IMG/VR virus record: IMGVR_UViG_3300049793_000366
Coordinates: 122,865 to 186,864 of that record
DNA from: a virus
Length of the DNA stretch: 64,000 nucleotides
Direction: 5' to 3' (one strand)
Shown: positions 18,975-28,075 of the stretch, one piece after another
How the letters are laid out: the number at the start of each line of letters is the position of its first letter
Position numbering within the stretch: the first letter of the stretch is position 1
Made by a program: the position numbers and the translations under genes
Notes under the pieces: generated by a model
Databases searched by the model: none
The model's input: the letters and a program-made list of their open reading frames with translations, nothing else
Told to the model about the DNA's origin: nothing

Positions 18975-20855
18975 ATGGCATCAAAAATACATGGTAAGCA
19001 AATTAAAGATACCAGTATCTCGTTAGCTAAAATTAGTCCAATTACTGGTCAAGTTTTAACATTAGCAGGTACAACAAAAATTCAACAAAATGCATTACCA
19101 ACGATTGCAACTGATTTAACCAACAAGCAATATGTTGATTCTGTTGCTGCTGGTTTTGATCCGAAAGCATCTGTAAGAGTTGCCACAACTGGTAATATAA
19201 ACTTAGCGAGTGCGCCTGCTACTATTGATGGTGTTTCGTTATCAAATGGTGATAGAGTTTTAGTTTGGCAACAATCATCTAATACTGAAAATGGTATTTA
19301 TGATTACAATGGTTCTGGTTCAGCGATGACAAGGTCAACTGATATGGATGGTGCGCCAACCTCTGAGGTTTCTACTGGTAATAATACTTTCGTTACAGAA
19401 GGTCCAACTTATCAAGGTAATGGATATGTTGTTATAGCATCTGGTACTTGGTCTGGAAATTTAACTGTTGGTGTTGCTCCGATTGTTTGGACGCAATTTT
19501 CTGGTGCTGGTTCTTTTGTTTGGGGTGATGGTATCTCAAATACTGGTAATAATATTTTTGTGGATTTAGCTGGTGCATCTGGCTTAACATTCTCTGCTAA
19601 TAAGTTGACTGTTGATTCAAATATCGCTGGTAGTGGATTATCATTTTTATCTGGTGTTTTAAACGTAAATACAGGTAGTGGTTTAACTATCACTGCTGAT
19701 AATGTTGTCGTTGATTATAGTACTGTTGGGAATATAATGGGTGGTGCTGGTTTAACAGTATCGGGTAATACTTTAGGTGTTGGTGCTGGTTCTGGTATAT
19801 CTGTTGGTGCTGATTCTGTTGCGGTTGATTATAACACTGTTGGAAATGTGATGGGTGGTGCTGGTTTAACCGTATCAGGAAATACATTAGGTGTTGGATC
19901 TGGAAATACTGGTATATTAGTAACTGCTGATGGTGTTGGTTTATCAATGTCTGTTACAACTGACTCGTCATTATCTTTAATAGCTGATGGTTTAAAATTA
20001 AACAGAACTACATTAGCTAACAATATGTTAGGTTTAGGTACTTCTTCATCTTTAACTGCTTCTGCTGGTAACTTACAAGTTTTAGTAGATGGTACAACAA
20101 TAACAAGAAATGTAAATGGTCAATTAGTAGCGAATGTTACTGATGCTTCAACTCTTGCTGGTGCTGGTTTAACATCATCTGGTAATGTGTTAAATATATT
20201 ATCTGGTAACACTGGTATCTTAGTAACGGCTGATGCTGTTGGTTTATCGATGTCAGCGACAACAGATTCATCATTATCTTTAGTCGGTGATGGTTTAAAC
20301 TTAAATATAACTACATTAGCTACTAACTTAGAGGGTACTGGTTTAACATCAAGTGCTGGTAAGTTAAACGTAGTCACTGGTACTGGTATTACAATATCTG
20401 GTGATGCTATCACAACAAATGCGGCTCTTATTAATACTACTGCTTATTTAAATACAACTAACGTAGCTACTGGTTCATCTGTTCAAGCGGCTTTAAGTGC
20501 TATTGACACTGCATTAGCAATGTTGAGTGGTACAATAGAAACAATTTCTGTTAGTAGTAATCCTACTGGCACATTCTTAGCATCTGTTACAACGCCTGTT
20601 GCTATTAATACGGGTGTTACATACTCAAGATTATCAAGTGGTGAAGCATTTGTTTTTGTAAATGGTGTTAGTTACGGAGTTGGTAATTCTGGTACAGCAT
20701 CAGATTTCTTCTTCGCTGCTACTACATCATATTCTGGTTCATTAACTGCGTCATCTACTGTATATGTGGGTTCATATTTATGGTCTACTGTATCAGCATT
20801 AGGTTTCGACTTAGATACGACAGATGAAGTTCTCGTAAAATATAACGCTTATTAA
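18975..20855 (+). CDS. tail fibre protein with internal repeats
   Basis: 626 aa, Gly/Thr/Ser/Asn-rich. Repeated modules GGAGLTVSGNTLGVG (x2) and NTGILVTAD.VGLSMS.TTDSSLSL..DGL.LN.TTLA (x2). Confidence 0.6.
   Translation: MASKIHGKQIKDTSISLAKISPITGQVLTLAGTTKIQQNALPTIATDLTNKQYVDSVAAGFDPKASVRVATTGNINLASAPATIDGVSLSNGDRVLVWQQSSNTENGIYDYNGSGSAMTRSTDMDGAPTSEVSTGNNTFVTEGPTYQGNGYVVIASGTWSGNLTVGVAPIVWTQFSGAGSFVWGDGISNTGNNIFVDLAGASGLTFSANKLTVDSNIAGSGLSFLSGVLNVNTGSGLTITADNVVVDYSTVGNIMGGAGLTVSGNTLGVGAGSGISVGADSVAVDYNTVGNVMGGAGLTVSGNTLGVGSGNTGILVTADGVGLSMSVTTDSSLSLIADGLKLNRTTLANNMLGLGTSSSLTASAGNLQVLVDGTTITRNVNGQLVANVTDASTLAGAGLTSSGNVLNILSGNTGILVTADAVGLSMSATTDSSLSLVGDGLNLNITTLATNLEGTGLTSSAGKLNVVTGTGITISGDAITTNAALINTTAYLNTTNVATGSSVQAALSAIDTALAMLSGTIETISVSSNPTGTFLASVTTPVAINTGVTYSRLSSGEAFVFVNGVSYGVGNSGTASDFFFAATTSYSGSLTASSTVYVGSYLWSTVSALGFDLDTTDEVLVKYNAY
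19704..19897 (+). repeat. intragenic imperfect tandem duplication (~111-nt period) within the tail fibre gene
   Basis: Two near-identical DNA units encoding VDY.TVGN.MGGAGLTVSGNTLGVG. A second dispersed pair occurs at ~19905-20020 and ~20208-20323. Confidence 0.6.
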
Positions 20856-20856
20856 A

Positions 20857-20890
20857 AACAAAGCCCTCTTAACTAAGAGGGCTTTTTTAT
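20857..20890. terminator. bidirectional rho-independent terminator
   Basis: GCCCTCTTAACTAAGAGGGC hairpin followed by TTTTTT, between convergent genes. Confidence 0.6.
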
Positions 20891-21522
20891 TAGCTTATTT
20901 GTCTTCTTATAAATTCAACTATTAATGAATTCTTAAGTGCATCAGTTGGTGAGTGATACCATTTCCATGTATATGTACTTTCGGTAAATGTAACCTTATC
21001 CTTTAGCTCTACTATTTTTGACTCAAGCTTTTCTATTTCGGTTTCTTCCATCTCATATTGGATGTTTAATTGGTCACATATTCTATAAAGATTGTGTATG
21101 TCTAATTTCTCATAATATTTAGTTGCTTGTATATACAATTCATTCAATCTTTTATCATTGATTTTATCTGGGTGAGTTAACTTAACTATGGCTCTATATA
21201 ATATTTTAAGTCTACCGTCAACTGGTGCTTTTTCTTCCTCTTCAAGTACTTCATCTATTTGTTCATCTATAACAGAAATTTCTTCTGTTTCGGATAATTC
21301 TTGTTTTTTCTTAATTTGGTCAAATATAATATCGATTTTTTGCTGAGTCTTCTTCTCATACAATTCTTTAAGGTCTGGGAATTTAACTAAGAACTCATTT
21401 ACACTTTTAATAAAATCTACATCAATCTCGGATATCAACTCTTGTCGATATTCGCATTCTGATTGTAAATACTCAAACTCCTTAAATGCCTTTTTAAGTT
21501 TAAGCTGTTTTATCTTATCCAT
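20890..21522 (-). CDS. J-domain (DnaJ-like) protein
   Basis: HPD tripeptide in helical context LYRAIVKLTHPDKINDKRLNELY. Acidic coiled-coil N-terminal half. Confidence 0.55.
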   Translation of the reverse strand: MDKIKQLKLKKAFKEFEYLQSECEYRQELISEIDVDFIKSVNEFLVKFPDLKELYEKKTQQKIDIIFDQIKKKQELSETEEISVIDEQIDEVLEEEEKAPVDGRLKILYRAIVKLTHPDKINDKRLNELYIQATKYYEKLDIHNLYRICDQLNIQYEMEETEIEKLESKIVELKDKVTFTESTYTWKWYHSPTDALKNSLIVEFIRRQIS

Positions 21523-21586
21523 ACAGTTTATATATAAATCGCTTCAATCTTTGATGAAATAATATTTAAAATTTAATATATACTTT

Positions 21587-22483
21587 ATGGTAAATAGACT
21601 AGCAGAACCGATTAGAATAATGAATGATTATAGGAATGACTATGAAAAGATGAAAGAAGAATTTTCTAAGTTAGATAATATTACATTATTTAGATTTAAG
21701 AACTACCTTACGAATGGTGGTGATAATCACGTTTTTAGAGATGTTGTGAATAATCTTAAAGAGGTTATTGATGCTAAAATCATCAAGGTTGTAGAGGGTT
21801 TACTTAATGAAGATGATGGTGGTGCTGGTTCTACTGGTACTGCAATGGTTGGTCAAGGTTCTGTATCTGGAATGGGTAATGTTGTTTCAGCACAACCTGG
21901 TGTAGTACCAGGTACATTTGGAACTGATGGTTCTGGTGATATTGGTGTTCCATTCAATGCGATTGGTGGTTCTAAATTAGCACAGAAAATTCCATCTGCT
22001 AAATTTATTCGCGATAGAAGAACTAAAAAGGGTATGTCACATGGTCCAAGAACTGGAAAGCCATCGAGATTAAAACCACCAGTTACAGATTTAAAATATC
22101 TTAAACCAGCTAAAACAACTAAAATAGACGATATGAAACCAAAAAAGGTGATGAGTTATAATGACTTTCAAGTTGATACAATCAGTACTGTAACAAATGT
22201 AAGAGAATCAATAAATGAAGGAGCTGTTAAACACGTAATGATGAATTTACAAGAAATGACAAATGATATCGCTCTATCTAAATTGAAGTCTGTTGAACTT
22301 GGTTTAAAAGATTCTGATTTGCAAACATTATCACAATTTATATCGGATAAAGCATCTGAGATGGTCGAAGATGGTAGTCTTGAACCAGTATTTTCAAAAG
22401 ATATGCCAATTGATATTCTTAGTAAGTCAAAACTTGATACAGTTACGAACTTAGTAAACGATATCTTATTCGGCAGAAAGTAA
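21587..22483 (+). CDS. hypothetical protein with Gly-rich segment
   Basis: 298 aa ORF with a GAGSTGTAMVGQGSVSGMGN stretch. Confidence 0.55.
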   Translation: MVNRLAEPIRIMNDYRNDYEKMKEEFSKLDNITLFRFKNYLTNGGDNHVFRDVVNNLKEVIDAKIIKVVEGLLNEDDGGAGSTGTAMVGQGSVSGMGNVVSAQPGVVPGTFGTDGSGDIGVPFNAIGGSKLAQKIPSAKFIRDRRTKKGMSHGPRTGKPSRLKPPVTDLKYLKPAKTTKIDDMKPKKVMSYNDFQVDTISTVTNVRESINEGAVKHVMMNLQEMTNDIALSKLKSVELGLKDSDLQTLSQFISDKASEMVEDGSLEPVFSKDMPIDILSKSKLDTVTNLVNDILFGRK

Positions 22484-22548
22484 TCATAATATTTTGAATA
22501 TTCAAACATTTTGCTTATATTTACGTATAAGAAGAAAAAGTGAGTTGA

Positions 22549-23115
22549 ATGACTGAAACTGATTTATCACAAAAGTCTGAAAAAATTATCATCGTTGGTC
22601 CTGCCGCTTCTGGTAAAGACTATCTTATACAATATTGCATTGAACACGGATTAAAGCGCGGAATGAAATGGACAACACGACCATCACGAAAGGGTGAAGT
22701 GGAAGGTGTTGATTATCATTTTGTTAACGACTCCAAATTTGAAAATATGATTACTGAATGTAGATTTCACGAGTGGCAAACTTTTGAAGTTACTGAAAGA
22801 GGTCATAAGAAGACTTGGTACTATGGTTCTACTTGGGAAGATTTCGATGAAGGGCAAGTTTTTATAAAAACACCAGCCGCCGTAGAAAAATTAACCGATG
22901 AACAACGAAAAAGATGCTTTATCGTTTATTTAGATATACCATTAGAGGTTAGGAGAAATAGGTTAATTGAACGTTTAAACACATTGGATGATACTGATTC
23001 ATTCGAAAGAAGAATAAGCGGTGATAATAAAGACTTTGAAGATTTTAAAGATTATGATATGCGAATACAGGATCCGGATTTTGATGCTGATATGATATTA
23101 GGATTTCTTAACTAA
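22549..23115 (+). CDS. gmk: guanylate kinase
   Basis: P-loop GPAASGKDYLI and Gmk signature TTRPSRKGEVEGVDYHFV, colinear with E. coli Gmk. Confidence 0.7.
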   Translation: MTETDLSQKSEKIIIVGPAASGKDYLIQYCIEHGLKRGMKWTTRPSRKGEVEGVDYHFVNDSKFENMITECRFHEWQTFEVTERGHKKTWYYGSTWEDFDEGQVFIKTPAAVEKLTDEQRKRCFIVYLDIPLEVRRNRLIERLNTLDDTDSFERRISGDNKDFEDFKDYDMRIQDPDFDADMILGFLN

Positions 23116-23145
23116 AACAAAAGCCCTCACTGAGGGCTTTTTTAA
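23114..23145. terminator. bidirectional rho-independent terminator
   Basis: GCCCTCACTGAGGGC hairpin followed by TTTTTT. Confidence 0.6.
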
Positions 23146-23427
23146 TTATTTCTTATTTCGTTTACTTTCCACTACTTCATCACCAATTACGGGTCTTCTT
23201 AATGTATCAGAAGTCGGTGGTGCTGTATTTCTTCTTCTATAAGCGTTTGTATTTACTGGAATTGTTTCTTCCTGTGAACAACAAACATCACAACATTCAC
23301 CCTTACCACATTCCTCACAATCGCAATTTTTACAAGAGCTTTCAGCTCCCTCTGGTTGTTCATCGTCTACCGGAATTCTATCCGCATCGATGAAAAAGAA
23401 TTCGTTAAACGATTTGAGTTTTTTCAT
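23146..23427 (-). CDS. small Cys-rich protein
   Basis: CKNCDCEECGKGECCDVCCSQEE cluster in a 93 aa ORF. Confidence 0.45.
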   Translation of the reverse strand: MKKLKSFNEFFFIDADRIPVDDEQPEGAESSCKNCDCEECGKGECCDVCCSQEETIPVNTNAYRRRNTAPPTSDTLRRPVIGDEVVESKRNKK

Positions 23428-23483
23428 AGTGGTGTTTTATTTCTTTTATATATTAAAGATTTATGAAAGAAAATCCTTTTTCC

Positions 23484-24179
23484 TTACTGATTCCGGCGCA
23501 TTATTTCTTTTTTTATAAAAGTTAATATCATTTTTCTACTTTTGCGTTCTATGTGTTGTTTAAAAATAAATTTAACTCTATCATTGTTGTTATACCAACC
23601 ATACCAGTTATCATTTATCTTATCAATGTGTTTATTGAGTGTGATTAACTGACCACGCGAAAGTGATGAAACATCAATTATCAATCCAGTATTTGTCTTA
23701 ACGATATTTAGCATTTCTGCTCTAATTGATGAATTATAGATGCTTGTAGCGTTCCTATGTACACGAGACTGAAAGGAAATTAAATCCTCATTAACATCAG
23801 ATGCATCTTCTATATCAATGTGTATGACATCTACGGTAATATTATCCAATTTAAAATCAACATACGTTTTTCCTAAATCCGCTTGTAATCTTTTACTACA
23901 TGATTTAACAACTGTTACTAATTCGGTAATCTCATCAAGTTCATTAACGGACAGCCCTCGATAATCATCTTTTATTCGTCTGAATTCCAGCCTATAACAG
24001 GGTTTATATCCGTTTTTAGGGTTGCATTCGTGTTCTATTCTATATCCCAAGTCTCGCCCGTAGTATTTATAGACATCTTCTGATAATTCGAAGCCGCTAT
24101 CGATTAATGAGTAGAATATTTCCTCAAAATATGAGTTATTTTTGATATGGTCTTTTGTCCATAAGTCTATTGTGTCCAT
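23484..24179 (-). CDS. hypothetical protein
   Basis: 231 aa ORF. Confidence 0.55.
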   Translation of the reverse strand: MDTIDLWTKDHIKNNSYFEEIFYSLIDSGFELSEDVYKYYGRDLGYRIEHECNPKNGYKPCYRLEFRRIKDDYRGLSVNELDEITELVTVVKSCSKRLQADLGKTYVDFKLDNITVDVIHIDIEDASDVNEDLISFQSRVHRNATSIYNSSIRAEMLNIVKTNTGLIIDVSSLSRGQLITLNKHIDKINDNWYGWYNNNDRVKFIFKQHIERKSRKMILTFIKKEIMRRNQ

Positions 24180-24219
24180 GATTCGTTGTATGAAATTTGG
24201 TAGTTAATGTTTTTTATAG

Positions 24220-24227
24220 TATATTTG
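24220..24227 (+). promoter_or_regulatory. Bacteroidetes-type -7 promoter element (TAnnTTTG)
   Basis: TATATTTG about 20 nt upstream of the 24247 start codon. Confidence 0.35.
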
Positions 24228-24246
24228 TGTACTAAAAGTTCTAAGA

Positions 24247-24873
24247 ATGATAAAAGTTGGATTAACTGGTAATAGATATTCTGGTAAAAAAACAGTAGCT
24301 AAGTATTTTAAATCGCTTGGTGTGCCTGTGTTTGACGCTGATGTGGTGATGAAATTCATCATAAATTATAATACTCAAATATTTAAAAAAATTAAACAAG
24401 AGTTCGGGGAAAATATTTCGAATTTGGGTTTAATTGATACTCAGAGGTTTGATAGCGATGTTAAAATGAATAAGCTAATTGACCTGATTGAGTTTGATAT
24501 GTGGGAATCGTACAGTAGATGGTTGGTGAAAAATAGCGATGCGCCTTATACGATTTTTAAATCATCAATTTTATTTGAGAGAAATCTGAAAAGAAGTTTC
24601 GATAAGACGATAAATGTCTTCTGTCCTGCGAAGGTTCGCTCTGAGAGATATGCGAATGACTCGATAGCAGGGATTAGTAAGTGGACTGTACTTGAGATTA
24701 TGAAGCAAGAAATGGATGAATATGAGAAAAACGTATTGTCAGACTTCATTATACACAATTATGATGCTATATCACCAATTGATAATCAGGTTAATTTTAT
24801 CCACAAAGATTTAATTGAACTGGATGGGTCAAGTAAAAAGAAGTCAGACGAATTTGAAACTATTTTACCTTAA
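24247..24873 (+). CDS. coaE: dephospho-CoA kinase-like P-loop kinase
   Basis: VGLTGNRYSGKKTVAKYFKSLGVPVFDADVV is colinear with the CoaE N-terminus (LTGGIGSGKSTVA..G..VIDADII). Confidence 0.55.
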   Translation: MIKVGLTGNRYSGKKTVAKYFKSLGVPVFDADVVMKFIINYNTQIFKKIKQEFGENISNLGLIDTQRFDSDVKMNKLIDLIEFDMWESYSRWLVKNSDAPYTIFKSSILFERNLKRSFDKTINVFCPAKVRSERYANDSIAGISKWTVLEIMKQEMDEYEKNVLSDFIIHNYDAISPIDNQVNFIHKDLIELDGSSKKKSDEFETILP

Positions 24874-25075
24874 TCATGAAGTTTTTACCCTCTTCAACTT
24901 TACCCTTAAGTGTGTTCAATGCCTTGCTAATCATGGCTTTATCCACCTCTGTGTATATGTCTGGGTTAGCACAAGCGATGTCTATCGCGCTAATTAATAT
25001 GTTAACTGCTGTAGTTGGAGTAATATCCTTGTCTAAAATCTCAACTATTGCTTCTTGTTTAGTTACTGCGTCCAT
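24860..25075 (-). CDS. hypothetical small protein
   Basis: 71 aa. More protein-like than the two overlapping + strand ORFs, but a weak call. Confidence 0.3.
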   Translation of the reverse strand: MDAVTKQEAIVEILDKDITPTTAVNILISAIDIACANPDIYTEVDKAMISKALNTLKGKVEEGKNFMIKVK

Positions 25076-25163
25076 AATAAATTTAAAATTTTCAGTATAT
25101 ATAATTTTTAGTGCAATTCATGCAACATCATGATATACTTAATACTCTTATAATTAGTTAAAA

Positions 25164-25805
25164 ATGGTTGGATATATTTTAATAGGCTTAGTTGTTGTCG
25201 GACTGACAATCGGACTTTGTAAGTATTGTGGTTATAATCCCTTTGCTAAGAAGAAAACTCAAACTAAATTAGTCTCTGTTACCAATGAACAAGGTGAAGA
25301 GGTTATAGTTAAAGTTGAAGTAAAAGAAGAAGTGAAGAAGTATATGAAAATAGAAGAGTTTGATGTGAAGAAAGAAACTGCTCAGTTATTTTCAAACACA
25401 TTCTATTCGATAATGAATGAAGCGGGTTGGAAAATGTCTCATTGGTACGACAGTATTAAATTTGAGAAAGAAGACAAGACTCGTCCGATAAGAAAATGGT
25501 GTACTTATACTAAAACCCATGTTAATGAGTTTTTAAAATTATGTGTTGAGGTAAATTACGAATTTAACCACAAGACTGGTCTAATGAGTATGAAGAAGAC
25601 CGAGTTAGAGTGTGATACTAAATACACATTCGAGGGTGAATATGATGAAGAATTTGTCGATTATATTTATAATTGCTATTATGCTCATAAAACCGCTGAA
25701 AACAAGCAGAAACAAGACGCATTTGATAATTCATGTAGAACCATAAACAGCATTTTAGGGAAAACTGTTGAACGTGGTAGTAAACTTAATGAACTTTTGA
25801 AATAA
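25164..25805 (+). CDS. hypothetical protein with N-terminal transmembrane anchor
   Basis: MVGYILIGLVVVGLTIGL at the N-terminus. 213 aa. Confidence 0.55.
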   Translation: MVGYILIGLVVVGLTIGLCKYCGYNPFAKKKTQTKLVSVTNEQGEEVIVKVEVKEEVKKYMKIEEFDVKKETAQLFSNTFYSIMNEAGWKMSHWYDSIKFEKEDKTRPIRKWCTYTKTHVNEFLKLCVEVNYEFNHKTGLMSMKKTELECDTKYTFEGEYDEEFVDYIYNCYYAHKTAENKQKQDAFDNSCRTINSILGKTVERGSKLNELLK

Positions 25806-25813
25806 AATAAGTA

Positions 25814-26143
25814 ATGTATTTATTAGTGCTAATACTGGGTAGTATTTTAGGGATAATTCTCTATAAGAAAGTCCCTGTATGGTTACATCACTACAAACCA
25901 GTTTTTTTCCCACCGAGAAAAACATATGAAATTCAATTCAGACTTACTTGGTTATCACAGCCAAGTATATTCACCACTGATTTAAATGGTGATTTAGTTA
26001 AAACGAAGCCAATTACTGTTAGAATTACTGCTGACTCAGAACATGACGCATTGATGTATTTAAACGAATTGATTTTACAAGAAACTAAACCTGACTTGAT
26101 AGCAATTAAAGAAGCAGATGAACAGGTTCAAGTTAATAATTGA
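25814..26143 (+). CDS. hypothetical protein with N-terminal TM helix
   Basis: 109 aa with TGA stop. Confidence 0.5.
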   Translation: MYLLVLILGSILGIILYKKVPVWLHHYKPVFFPPRKTYEIQFRLTWLSQPSIFTTDLNGDLVKTKPITVRITADSEHDALMYLNELILQETKPDLIAIKEADEQVQVNN

Positions 26144-26318
26144 TGCTTTATCAAGTCTCATTATCCCAAATGATGAAATAAGAAAATTAGCGCATAATCG
26201 TGCCGCTAAATGCTCAGAATGTCCTTTCAATAAACATAATTTCTGTACAGAATGTAAATGTTTTATTCCATTAAAAATACTCTCAAAAAGAGATAGATGT
26301 CCTATTGACAAATGGTAA
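26118..26318 (+). CDS. small zinc-ribbon-like protein
   Basis: CSECP...CTECKC...C pattern in 66 aa. Confidence 0.4.
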   Translation: MNRFKLIIDALSSLIIPNDEIRKLAHNRAAKCSECPFNKHNFCTECKCFIPLKILSKRDRCPIDKW

Positions 26319-26644
26319 AAATTCGTGATGCGTTTAATATAACGGGTAGAGGTATAGTCATTGTCGTTGATTCATTTGTTAAATGGGTACACGGTGATGA
26401 ATTAGTAATCATATTGGAGGACAGATACTTACATTATAAATTAACTGGTATAGAAAGCTTTACTCGAATGTCTGGTGTAAATGATGATTCAACCAAGAAT
26501 GGATTTTTATTAAAACCAATTGATGCTAATTTTTATTTAGGTCTGAATTCAATTGAAAAGAAGAAATACACTACTTCGCTTATTGGTAAAGAGATTATAG
26601 CAAAAGCCGAGTTAAGAAATCATAAATTAAATAATTTGCTATAA
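26312..26644 (+). CDS. hypothetical protein
   Basis: 110 aa ORF. Confidence 0.5.
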   Translation: MVKIRDAFNITGRGIVIVVDSFVKWVHGDELVIILEDRYLHYKLTGIESFTRMSGVNDDSTKNGFLLKPIDANFYLGLNSIEKKKYTTSLIGKEIIAKAELRNHKLNNLL

Positions 26645-26662
26645 ACTTGCAAATTAGATATA

Positions 26663-27301
26663 ATGTCCGTATATTTGTATATGGAAAAACATAATAAACT
26701 TCAGATTTCGCTTCGCTATTGGTTATTGGGTATAGCTCAAGAAAACCCAGAATACTACAAATGTATTGAAGCGATGGAATTTGCTTCTAAATTCCATAGT
26801 GGTAAAAGAAAAGATGGTGTAACTCCTGAGTTTACACATCAGTTGACAATCGCGCATTATATCCGAACAATCAAAAACTCTTTGATGTTTCCTGCTGACA
26901 CAATTACAACGGTTTTCTTACACGATGTACCAGAAGATTATGATGTTGCCATTCCAGAAATACAAAATCTTTTCGGTGAAAGAGTAGCACACTCTACGTG
27001 GTTACTTACAAAATTTCACAAAGGAGTTAAGAAAACTGATGAAGTCTACTTCGGTGATATGGCTAAAGATCCAATCGCATCAATTGGTAAAGGTGGTGAT
27101 AGAATGCACAATCTTCAAAGTATGGTTGGAGTGTTTACTATACCTAAGCAAAAAGACTATGTGAAAGAAGCAGAGGATAAAATTAAACCTATGATGAAAG
27201 AAGCACGTAGATTGTTTCCTCAGCAAGAATTAGCGTATGAAAATACTAAACTAATTATCAATTCACAGATTGAATTAATCAAAGCTACCTGGGTTAAATA
27301 A
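26663..27301 (+). CDS. small alarmone hydrolase (Mesh1/SpoT-like HD-domain (p)ppGpp hydrolase)
   Basis: KFHSGKRKDGVTPEFTHQLTIAHYI (H..Q.RK.G.P...H), FLHDVPEDYDV (HD) and GDRMHNL are colinear with the Mesh1/SpoT hydrolase domain. The start may be the second ATG at 26681. Confidence 0.7.
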   Translation: MSVYLYMEKHNKLQISLRYWLLGIAQENPEYYKCIEAMEFASKFHSGKRKDGVTPEFTHQLTIAHYIRTIKNSLMFPADTITTVFLHDVPEDYDVAIPEIQNLFGERVAHSTWLLTKFHKGVKKTDEVYFGDMAKDPIASIGKGGDRMHNLQSMVGVFTIPKQKDYVKEAEDKIKPMMKEARRLFPQQELAYENTKLIINSQIELIKATWVK

Positions 27302-27840
27302 TGAAGCCGAATTTAAATACAATCTCAATAGAGATACTTAAATCATTAGAACCTACCATAAAGGAGTTAGTGAAGCAACCTGAGATTTGGAATACACTTG
27401 ATGTAGATTATTTCCCACCTCGTGTTGAAAGACTCTATACTGACTATGATGGGTATCGTATCTATTTACACTATATCCACCCAACAGATAAGCCTTGTCT
27501 ATTTCACAAACACAGATGGCCTGCCGCATTTAAGCAAGTAGCTGGTGCGTATGAAATGGGTATCTCATATAGCGAAAAAGAAATTACATCAGATGAAGCA
27601 TATGACTTACCAATTTTAGCAAGATTCATTATTGGTATCAACTCTTACTATGAAATGACACAGACTGATTGTTTACATTTTGTTAGTCCTAAGGGTGAGT
27701 ATTCAGCGAGTATTATGATTACACCAAAGGATAAATATCCGGAGGCTGAATTCAGAAAAGAAGTTTTGGATAGAAAATTAGAAACATTTAGTGAACTTCG
27801 TAAGGTTACTTTACTACAATTCTTTAGTAAGGCAATTTAA
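27301..27840 (+). CDS. hypothetical protein
   Basis: 179 aa ORF. Confidence 0.55.
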   Translation: MKPNLNTISIEILKSLEPTIKELVKQPEIWNTLDVDYFPPRVERLYTDYDGYRIYLHYIHPTDKPCLFHKHRWPAAFKQVAGAYEMGISYSEKEITSDEAYDLPILARFIIGINSYYEMTQTDCLHFVSPKGEYSASIMITPKDKYPEAEFRKEVLDRKLETFSELRKVTLLQFFSKAI

Positions 27841-27844
27841 TTAA

Positions 27845-28075
27845 GTGGAGTTAACTGAGAAACAATTCGAAATACTATACGAAGCGACAGATTGGCATTT
27901 GAAATTCTATAAGACTTATTCAAATGACCCACCAACCTATGCTGAATTACTTAGATTGAATCATCAGAAAATTACAGACATTATTGAGGATGATATGAGT
28001 GAAGATGATATCACTTACTATCTCAATAAGATGAAGGATAATTATACAAATTTATACAATAGTTACAATACATGA
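27845..28075 (+). CDS. hypothetical protein
   Basis: 76 aa ORF. Confidence 0.45.
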   Translation: MELTEKQFEILYEATDWHLKFYKTYSNDPPTYAELLRLNHQKITDIIEDDMSEDDITYYLNKMKDNYTNLYNSYNT

